The position numbers and the translations under genes were made by a program. From Psilocybe cubensis (taxonomy: Eukaryota): 64,000 nucleotides of DNA. Under the pieces are notes generated by a model. That model saw nothing but the letters and a program-made list of their open reading frames with translations, searched no databases and was not told the origin of the DNA. The stretch's first letter is position 1. Every line of letters starts with the position of its first letter. Positions 13,515-23,876 of the stretch are shown here, one piece after another. The stretch spans positions 434,001 through 498,000 of the forward strand of contig CM039001.1 of the NCBI GenBank assembly GCA_017499595.2, in the 5' to 3' direction.

Positions 13515-13632
13515 ACGCGGTATGGAAATATCGGTCACCAATATGAATATATACACGCGACAATACGCGACAATTACAAACGCGGTCATGTGGTGTAATA
13601 TATTGTAATATTACGCGTTGCGCGTGACGCGT
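13515..13632. promoter_or_regulatory. Cluster of ACGCG (MCB-like) motifs upstream of FunK1 copy 1
   Basis: Seven ACGCG cores (13515, 13555, 13565, 13580, 13613, 13621 on minus, 13627), two of them perfect ACGCGT, in AT-rich intergenic DNA. Confidence 0.4.
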
Positions 13633-13969
13633 ACTTTCAAAGCTGGTTCAACAAGACCGGGATCTCCGGGCCTTATTTACAATCTCACTGACCACCTATT
13701 TAGGACAAATCTGTGCCTAGATGGTTAAAAATAATTGACGGTCCAACACTTGAACTTGAACTAACACGACGCGGGCACTTGACGAGCCTTTGATAAGCTC
13801 TAATCCCCCAAGTTGACCTTCTCCCATATCCTGTCCTCCTCTACATCGAGTACACAGCTCGCTGCACATACCTCTCCCACCTATCTGAAGGACGTGACAC
13901 GCTCTATAAGTCACTCCCGATTCTTCACCACTTGCAATCGACCAGTTAGTCGTAGTTAAGTCACTGGCG

Positions 13970-16516
13970 ATGTCTACAGTCCCGCTGTCTCCTCACTGGG
14001 AAGATATCGTCGATGAATCGCCCCATGCACCAAGAATATTTCCGTCCTATGCTTACCTTCATATCGACACCTTCCTTCACGCGTCTAAGTCCTATGATAA
14101 AAAGACCAAAGAATGGACACGAATGATCACAGTGGCCAATGCGTCGACGCTGGTCAATGCGCTCTTCATGCCACTCGAAGATATCATAAACGAGATTCTG
14201 TGTCACTTTCAAGAAAAAGATGCACTAGTTCGAAATGAAATAATACAAACCCACGAAAATAGATTATCTGTCATTGAGGACGACGACGTCGAAGAAGAAG
14301 AATACTCACGCCGGGTTTCCGCGAACAAGATATCCCCAGACATGGCTATTATGGGTAGAGGAGCAAACTTTTTCATTCATGATAAATATCCAACCGTACC
14401 GGCCTATACGCACTGTCTCGTTCCAGTGGAGGTGAAGCGGGAGAGCGATTTTGACTATGAAGCCGCTGTCACCCAGGTGCAACGATACGCGAGGTGAGGC
14501 CTCGCGTCCCTTGATATATCTTTAAGTACTTAACATGGCTCATAGGAAATGCTTTGCTCATCAGCCCCATCGACGATGGGTCCCTACAGTCATCTTCACG
14601 GAGATGAATGCGCATCTGGTGATTCACGACCGTTCTGGAACCTTAACATTTGACCGCCCAATCAACTACCACAAAGATCCATTAGCATTTGTCCGCCTTC
14701 TTTTGGGCGTCTCCACCGCCGTAGATGATCTTAGGAAGTCTTCGTTTGATCCAAGAATATATTGGGAAGAGCCTAGAGGCTGGCCAATAATCATAGTTAT
14801 GCGAATCGAGGGTGTCTCCGACTCTCAGAAAACGACATCTGAGTCGCAGCTTGTGTATTCGGAATACCAAACTGCAGGGAAGGTTCCGATGGTCAGACCA
14901 TTTGATCCTCGAGGCACAGTCTGCTGGAGAGCTTTACCAGTTTCCGCCGAGCATATGAACCTCATTGGACCAGTCCTTATTAAGGATTCCTGGAGAGACG
15001 CTAAGCGGCAAAGCGAATGGGAGCTTTTGGAAGAGGTCAAAGGCCTTGACGGTGTAGGCCAGATGGTGACTTACGAGGAAGACGTCGACTTTTCTATTTC
15101 TCAATTCCGCAATCATATCACTCAGGGACTGTATGGGGAGCGCAATCCGTACAGAAAAGACCGCATTTTTACTCGGCTAGTCCTCAAACACTATGGACGA
15201 TCTGTCAAATATTTTAGCAGCAAATTACAGCTACTTCATGCGCTGTATGATGCTGTCGCTGGTAAGATACGATTATTTGCCTCTGAACCAATATAATTTG
15301 TTGACCTTGATATTCATACAGGCCACAAACGAATGTGGCTCAAGGGAGTTCTACATCGAGATATCAGTCTGGAAAACATTTTATTTGGGCAGGAGGGGGC
15401 TCAAGTGGGAAATCGCGGGATTTTAATTGATCTCGATTCAGCGATCAAGGTGAATGACAGTCAGAGGTCGAATACTGCTACCCGATCGGGGCGCCTTCGA
15501 CCGGTAAGCAATCTTTGTTATGCTTCTTCAAGTATGGCTACAAACGTAGCTGACTTTATTCAAAGGGAACATGCACATACCAATCCATCGCTCTTCTCTA
15601 TGGTCCACAATGGGATATTTCTGGTGTGGAATCACCCCCTCAAGATCACCTTGATGACCTCGAGTCTTTCTTCTACGTGTTAGCCTGGATTTGCATGAGA
15701 TATAATGGACCCGGAATCAAAGCTCAGAACACCGCCAAATATCTCGATAAATGGGACTCTTCTAATACAGCTCTTTGCGCAGAAATTAAGGAAGGGCTTC
15801 TGTCTGCTCCATTGGCGTATCTACAACCCTACTTTGCTAAGGATAAAATCTTCCTCCGGCTTGTTGCAGACCTTGCGAAGGTTTGCGTGCGCCATGTTAC
15901 GGAAAAACTGAAAGTTGTCGACTCTATGGGAGAATTTCCTGATCTTGTGGAGATCCATCAGGCTCAGGTCGCTTCGTCTGGTAAAGACCATGATGAATTC
16001 TTGGCAATCATCGGCAAAGCAATTAACGCCTTAGAAAAGGCGACCAAGGCACAAAAACCCTTCAAGGCGTCACGTAATACTCAGCCTGCCACAACAGCCC
16101 AAGTTGTGGCCGGCGGATCAGGTGTTACACCGACAGAAGAACCTACGAAATTTGGCGCTGCTCTGAAGCCAGCGGAGAAAAAGAAAGAATCGTTGGCCGT
16201 CTTCAAAAAATCTAATGATCACAACTTGAACGCTTCGGTGGCACCAGTGACTCAACGTCCGGAGCCATCTCCTCTAGGAGACTGCTCCAACGTAACACCA
16301 CAAACCCCATCAAAAAAGGAGGTCGTTTCTGCCAGTACATCTAATATCGCGCATAAATTGTCAAAAGCTAGAGAGAAGAAGCGAAAGATCACGATGGACG
16401 ACTCGGATGCTGAAGATAGCAAATTGGAAGAAGTCCAGAAACGTTCCAAGGTCAACCACTTGAAGGAAAACAGGTCAGACTATAAAGGCGAATGTTCTTC
16501 GGGATCTGCGAAGTGA
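13970..16516 (+). CDS. FunK1-type fungal-specific protein kinase, copy 1; introns 14494-14545, 15262-15321, 15504-15565
   Basis: RGTVCW, VLIKDSW, VLHRDISLENIL, GILIDLD, GTCTYQSIALL, DHLDDLESFFYVLAWIC; frame stays open across three canonical introns; N-terminal PD...EVK...QxxxY motif. Confidence 0.92.
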
Positions 16517-17012
16517 TCGTAGCCCTGCCACTTTCATGTTACGCTCACTGAGTATGCTATTCATTGCTTTTCTGTCGCTTACTATTCAACAACACCATGT
16601 AAAGTTTGTAACATTTTTTGATATCTCAACGTTCCATTACACACCCATAGGCCTATTAATCAAATTACGAGTGATGTCCAATCGACAACCGTGAGCCTCC
16701 TAGCATGAACAAAAACCCCATGAAGCCAAATTACGTGAAGTCTTAAGCAAGTTAAATCGGAGATCTGTTAAATTGAACCCAGATTCGTTGTGTTTGTTAC
16801 AAACTAAAGCCGATGGCTTTTTAAACAACAAGTTTTCATTGGCTGCCCCCTTCCTGCGCGTTAAACTTAGCCCAACCTAGTTCGCCACCGCAACGACTCA
16901 ATGAAACGTTCTAAAATTCATAAACTTCTTAATCTCTTTTCTTTCTACTGCCCCGAAGTCGTCCTTCTCACTTTCCCTTAGCTATCCACTTGAAAGTGCG
17001 CGGTATCGTTGG

Positions 17013-18976
17013 ATGGCAACAGTGGACATGTCGGATCTGCATTCGGAGAAGCATTTGGAAGGAGGACAACTCGTTTTCTTGCCACATGACCAATCATATT
17101 GCACCGCGGATGCTCAACAACCACGCAGACACAGTGAAAATATTAGATATCATGACGACACAACGTTCATCGCTGGCGAGAACAAGCGTGCGGAGATTCG
17201 GGAGGAAATAGTATATGAAGGATGGAGTCCTAGTGAAGTCAGATTTGTTGACCGTTGGTTACGCCCACGCCGTGCTACTTTAACCATGTTGTTGCCGCTG
17301 ATTGCGCTCTGCCTTCTTCTGCTGCATGGATGTGTACTTTGCATCGCTAAGAAGCCTCCAGTCATCAAGGGAAATACCCAGTTCTTTCCGCCAACCATCC
17401 AACAATCCTGGGCGGCCTATACGCCTTATTTTCCTGTGAAACAATACTCGCCTCCACCAGCGCACTGCAAGATTACTCAAGTAAGTATATGAGTTTATAT
17501 CCTACATATTTTTGTTCACAATTATTTAGGTCAACATTGTGGGTCTTCCCCGCCATAATCAGGTGTTTCTCACTCTGATGGTTTTGTAGATTCAACGCCA
17601 CGGAGCACGATTCCCGACCTCCGGTGCCACAACTAGAATTCTGACCGCAGTGAATAACCTTAAATCTGCTACTGATTTTTTGGATCCTCGGCTAGATTTC
17701 CTTCGTAACTATACGTATACACTTGGCAAGGACAACTTGATACCATTTGGGGCCCTGCAGTGCGTATTTATTTTATTTTATATTCCATTCATTCAAAATC
17801 TGATATCATCTAGATCGGTTGATGCAGGTCAAGGAGCATTTCAACGATATTCACAACTTGTATCTTCAAAAAATCTACCTTTCGTTCGCGCTTCCGGTAG
17901 TACTCGGGTAGTTGATTCTGCTACCAATTGGACTTCAGGTGAGTAATATTTGTACAAATCGCAGAATTAAGGCTGACAATACCTAGGATTTTCGTTGGCA
18001 AGTCATAAGGCATTCAACCCAGTCCTGTCAGTAATTTTGGATGAATCGGTATTTAGTCAATTTTTGTTATCTTAGTTCTATCTGAAATGTGGTGTGTTAG
18101 CTTAACGACACTCTGGACGATTCAATGTGTCCCAATGCTGGCTCTTCAGATCCTCAGACCAACATTTGGACATCCATCTACGGAGCCCCTATCGCGGCCC
18201 GTTTAAACGCCCAAGCTCCGGGAGCGACGGTCACAGCAGCTGACATTTCGAACCTCATCCCACTCTGCGCGTTCGAAACGCTGGCCAAAGAGATACCCAG
18301 TCCTTTCTGTTCCCTTTTCACAGAAGATGAATTTGCACAGTTCGAGTACTTTGGCGACTTGGACAAGTTTTACAACACAGGGTCAGTTGTAACTATTTTT
18401 TTCAGAATAATAGGAGAATCACATTAACTTGTTTTCTTTTTATCTTATCTTTTCAGATATGGGCAAGCTCTGGGACGCGTGCAAGGCGTAGGCTACGTCA
18501 ACGAACTGATTGCTCGGCTCACCGAGTCTCCCGTGCGCGACAACACGCAGACAAACCACACGCTCGACGCTTCACCTGTAACGTTCCCGCTGAACCGGAC
18601 CATCTATGCAGATTTCTCTCATGACAACCAGATGATCGCGATCTATGCCGCTCTCGGGCTGTTCAACCAGACTGTCCCGCTGGATCCCACTGCACCCGAT
18701 CCGGCCAGGACATGGATCGCTAGCCATCTCACGCCGTTCAGCGCGCGCATGGTGACCGAGCGCTTGTCGTGCGGCAGCACTGGTCCTGCCGCCGGCCATG
18801 GACAGGGGAAAATCAAGCCGCAGACGTTCGTGAGGATCCTTGTGAACGACGCTTTGCAGCCGCTCCCTTTCTGCGGGGGCGATCGCAACGGCCTGTGCAC
18901 GCTCGATGCGTTCGTGGAAAGCCAGTCGTACGCCCGGAATGATGGCGAAGGCGACTTCGAGAAGTGCTTTTCTTGA
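17013..18976 (+). CDS. Histidine acid phosphatase / 3-phytase (start may be 17013 or the later ATG before the hydrophobic LLPLIALCLLLL segment)
   Basis: Catalytic RHGARFPT near 17596 and HD in YADFSHDNQM; EYFGDLDKFY..G; QGVGYVNELIARLT; VRILVNDALQPL. Confidence 0.95.
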
Positions 18977-20140
18977 GAGAGAGGGCTGATTGGTGATATA
19001 CGATAGCGGATCCCCAGAGCAAATCGCGGTGCAGGGAGATATGACTTGACTGACTGAATGATTGATCATGTCAGCCCTTTCATGAATTCTCCTGGCCCTT
19101 TTGTGCTCGGATCAATGCAGGTCCCCCCTGGTCATGAAATTGTTCACTCTATCTATACTTATATGAAGACGCTGTGTCCAATCGCTCATTTCTTGTGCTT
19201 CCCCTCTCGTTGTTCTTTCACCGGAATTTGGCTCTTATACATCGACTCCTTTGTCCTTTGTCTCACTGCGGAACCGTGTGCGAATGCGATTGCTGTGGCG
19301 TCACCTTCTCACTAGAAAGCGGAGGACATGTGCCTTGATATCGTGCCTATCAACAGTGACGGCTCTCTCTCATCTCCTTTCTTTAGAACCTTCAGTCCCA
19401 GAATATAACGCAGACGTCGCGAATCGAAATGCAACGAATAGACTATTCATCTCACGGGGGGGGGGCAAGTCTGTTGTCCATCCACCCAGCCATTGGAAAG
19501 CTCCAAGGCAAGATAAGTTATCGTTGCATTTTTAAACATAATGGCTTTGAACGAGTCCGATTCCCGAAATTCCACTCCTCGACAAAGGGAGATCAGAATC
19601 CCAAAAATATGAGCCCAAAGTACACTCCATCACAAAGCCCAATTCTGTTAGCGACAATACACGCTCATTCAGTCTATATTTAAACTTCCAATAGACGAAT
19701 CTCAAGCTCTATTTCTCAACATGAGAGTTGCTCTGTGGCGGGGACCATTCATGTGCGCTATTGCATTAGCCGTTTCTCTCAAGCTTTAAGGGGTATTGAT
19801 CCATCTATGGTTTTTGATTCCCTGCGTTCTCTAATACTTTCTATTCTATTCTGTGCCTTCGGAACACTTGCCGCCACACAGATCAAGTCGCCTTAGCCCA
19901 CGCAAAGACGTAAAATTTGTATCCCTGCTAGCCGTGAGTGAGTGAGCCCTCCCGTGTGATTTTGGAAAAGAATAATCCCTCGCCCCTCGTCTGCATTCCA
20001 TGTCTATTATCTGCAAGCACATAAATACTACGGCTCCAAAGGACTCTTCTCAGAGTGGGTTCTGTTTCCCTCTTCCTCGATTTTGCCTCTAGCCTTCTGG
20101 GGTCCGCAGCAAATCACCTTTCTGACTGCCCATCTCCCTC

Positions 20141-20169
20141 CTCTTCTCTTCTCTTCTCTTCTCTTCTCT
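20141..20169 (+). repeat. (CTCTT)n pyrimidine microsatellite upstream of the acetate transporter
   Basis: ctcttctcttctcttctcttctcttctct read directly. Confidence 0.9.
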
Positions 20170-20257
20170 CCGGGAAGCTACGTAGTCAAGAACAGCTTAC
20201 GATCTCATCTACGAACAGACCAGACATTCCATACACACGCGCGATTAAACCACTAAA

Positions 20258-21279
20258 ATGTCCACAGAGAAACACGACATCGAGCAGGTTAGCATGTCCA
20301 ATGCGCCCGCACCCATGATGCGCCCGTCGCGCATAGCAAACGCAGGCCCCGCGTACGTTTCTCTCTCTCTCTCTTTCTTTCTGCTGCCAGCTAAATATTT
20401 TGCACCTTGGAATTCGTTACTTCCTTCTAGTGGCATATTCTCATTTGCATCGACGACGTTCATGCTCTCCATGTACAACGTGAACACGCGCGGGGTGCAC
20501 ACGCCCAACGTCGTCGTCGGCATGGCAGCCTTCACGGGCGGCCTGCTCCAGTTCATGGCAGGCATGTGGGAGTTTCCCAGAGGAAACGTCTTCGGAGCTA
20601 CAGGTCAGTATCCCTCCACCCGGTGTAGCATCCCCACCACACATATATACACACACGAACTTTAAAAAAAAACAATCAACTTTCTATTTCTATTCCTGTT
20701 TTCGTTCTCATTTTCCTTTCCGATTCCGTGTGTTTCTGATGTTCTTTTTACAGCATTCTCATCATACGGCTGCTTCTGGATGTCCTACGCTCTCATCTTT
20801 ATCCCAGGCTCCGGCATTCTCAGCGCCTACAGCAGTCCACAAGAACTCGGCAATGCAATCGGTGTTTACCTCATCACCTGGATGATGGTCACCATCCTTT
20901 TCACGTACGTTATTTTTTTTTTCAAGAAGAAACAATAACTGCCTCGATGTAAACAACTGACGACTGTTCCGTTCATAATTTTTTTTTCTAGAATTGTCGT
21001 TCTTCGCCGGAACGTGTCCTTTGTGGTTCTTTTATCGATTCTGTCGCTCGCCTTTGCTCTTCTTGCGGCTGGGTCGTTCACCGGTAAAGCAAAGTGCGTG
21101 CTTTTCGCGATTCCAAAATTACCGGTTGATTTACTGATTTGAATGCATCTAGCATAACGAAAGCAGGAGGCATCGTGGGCATTATCGTCGCGCTGATTGC
21201 TTACTACATCGGATTGAGCGAGATGCTTGAGGCGGAGAGACGACCCGTTATGAGGCTTCCTCGTGGTGTTTACGACTAA
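20258..21279 (+). CDS. GPR1/FUN34/YaaH (Ady2/SatP-like) acetate/ammonia transporter
   Basis: IANAGP|GIFSFASTTFMLS (variant of NPAPLGL), GGLLQFMAGMWEFPRGNVFGAT|FSSYGCFWMSY, KAGGIVGIIVALIAYYIG; stop at 21277-21279. Confidence 0.93.
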
Positions 21280-21835
21280 CTCTAACGATAGTGTTTACTT
21301 GCATTCAATCTTCCACTGTTTGTATTTGTGATGCGATTCAAAGTATTCAATTAACATTACATTTCCACGAAAGCGATAACTAAGGAATACATATTAAAAG
21401 GGAGAAACGATTAAAGACCGAATAGTTACCCCACAACCTCCGAATAATGGTAAAGGTTGAGAGGGGAATGACAATAAGTTAAGGGTCAAACGAAGGTTAT
21501 TAAGGTGTGGGGAATAAGATAACTGGGTATTTCAATGAAAGGACAGGAAAGGTATTATGGAATGGGATTATAGAGCTGCTGGTGGTGATTAGACGACGAA
21601 AGCCCAAACCGTAGACTGGAGAGGGATCTGTATGATTAGATCCATAGAAAACAGAAAGGAAAACATAAACAAAATCAAACGAAAGCTAAACCAAGAAAGC
21701 GAACAGACAACTACTTAACAAAAAGAAGTATGGAATGCAAGGAGGCCAGTTATGGCGAAAGCGATGCGGTACAGAGCAAGCGAGGAATGATCCGATGGAT
21801 CTGGCGTCGAAATGGACACGACAGTAGAGGGGCGA

Positions 21836-23876
21836 TTAATAGGTAGCGCGAGGGGTGAAAATAAGTTTGCATTCCATAGCGGAGGGGAAGATAACCTAGT
21901 GACATTCTGTCAATGCGAAATGAATATACCCAACTCAAGGGAGACCTACAAAGCTATCTTTGATATCCATACTTTGTGCCGTCGTTTCGCTCGGAGCACT
22001 GATATCGAAGTTCCTCACAAATGCAGCAACAGCCAATCTGAGCATCATCAGCGCCAAATTCTGACCACCGCAAACACGGGTCCCCGTTCCGAAGGGCATC
22101 ATATGGGCCGCCATCATTGCCAGGTCACTGCGTGTGGTAGACGAGCTTTCGAGCCAGCGCTCGGGGATGAATTTATCGGGAGATGGGAAAACGGTGCTGT
22201 CTCGATGCATCGACCATGCTTGTGTGGCCACAGTGGTTCCGGGAGGAAGAGCGTAGCCCATCAAGTCGAAAATCTCATCCGTCGCTCCATTCTTGGAGGT
22301 CGAAGAAGGTACGACACGCTCAAGAAGGCTAGGGACGGCTGTATACACGCGGAGGCCTATAGAGACAAGATTAATACTCCCAGATAAGAAACAAATGCTT
22401 TTTAAATATTTAAACGACCGACCTTCTTTCATGAATGCACTCAGGTAGGGCAGGTCTTGCAGAACGGCCATTTCTGGGAGAACCTTGGAATCGGGAATTG
22501 CCTCATCCAATTCGCATTGAAGTTTCTTCATTATATCGGGACGACGGCTTAACTCCCAAAACAAGTATGTGATAGATGTCGACGTAGTGTCTGTGCCAGC
22601 CATACTGGTCTACAGTTTCAGAAGATCCGCTCGTGATAAATGATAGCTCGTAGAACGTACAAATGACCTATGCATTCCGAGATAATATCGTGATCAGGCA
22701 TCTGCTGATTTGGGGTATATTTGTATTGCAAAAGGCGTTGCAGCATAGATGTCTTTTCGCTATCGCCCAGTTTTCCAGCGTTGAGCTGACCACGCATCTC
22801 ATACACCCGTGCGCTCACAAACTGCGCATATAGTCAGTAAAAAAGGTTAGATTTAACCAAATCTAGACTGACCTCGGCGAGAATTTTGTCGGAGTCGCAC
22901 ATTTGTCTCCATCGGTTGTTAGGGATGCGGCAAACTAAATTCCAGGTCCAAGCTGGAACGATGCTGCGCTAAAAACCGTATATATGCGCTTTTAGGCGAA
23001 AAAGAAACTATGCAGAGTGTATTTAAATGCTCACAAGAATACCGCGCTTAGGGAAGTCGTTTATCGCCGTGGACAGGGGATCCTCGACGTCCATGGCCCA
23101 TTTGCCCACTGCTCCGAGGCGATAACCGAAGGAAGAAGAAACTACAACATCGACCATTAGGTGTCGGAAGAGTGCCAGGCACTCGACGGGAGATTTCCCG
23201 CCAATATTCTCGAGCGACTTTACCCGCATATAAGCACTGATTTCGAAGTTGGAGCCGTGCAAGACGTACATTAATAAGCTGGAAAGTGAATTCATGCATT
23301 TCGGGCTGGAATTGCGCGACGTTGCTTGGAGTATAGTGCTGTGCGTATGATTTACGTCGGATAGAGTGACTAGCGTGGTCTAAAGTTGTCATACTAGAAA
23401 CCGGAGCTCAGAAATCGCGATTAAAGTGCATATATGCGCGTTTATACGCACGCGTGATCGTTGTCGTTGCTGGAAAAAAGGGGCTAAGTTAGATCGAGGC
23501 TCGGCGGGCGGAGTACAGAAAGGACTCGCGTTAATAAACTTTTGTAAAAAGTGCTCTTATCGAACTTGTGCACAGAGTACACGTTGCGCATGGTCGAGAT
23601 ATCACGGAAGACGACCTTGTTGGGCCCGATGCGGACGACGGGCCCATAGATTTCGAAGAGAGACTGAACCGCCTTGCACTGACGCAGACGGACGACCTGG
23701 GAGGTGATGAAAAGGTCGGAAATGGAATAGTACCATGGACCGGGTATCGCAGAGAGAGGAGAGAGAAAGAGGTTGTAGAAAGCGTGGAGAAGAAAATACG
23801 CCACGGCGATAGAGATGGCGATGAGGAAGAAGTTGGTGGTGCACCAGGAGGCCGAGAAATGAACGGCAGAGAACAT
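21836..23876 (-). CDS. Cytochrome P450 monooxygenase
   Basis: N-terminal TM plus PLSAIPGP, YGPVVRIGPN, I-helix AGTDTTS, ExxR (KEG|LR), PERW, heme motif PFGTGTRVCGG; last exon VIFPSAMECKLIFTPRATY* with stop at 21836-21838. Confidence 0.95.

Noticed and set aside
21812..22387. 191-aa plus-strand ORF
   Set aside because: Antisense to the P450 exon containing the heme motif; no independent coding evidence.
9402..23876. Possible secondary-metabolite cluster (GNAT, kinase, phosphatase, transporter, P450)
   Set aside because: No backbone enzyme (PKS, NRPS, terpene synthase, decarboxylase or methyltransferase); the kinase is a protein kinase-type FunK1 and the genes look functionally unrelated.
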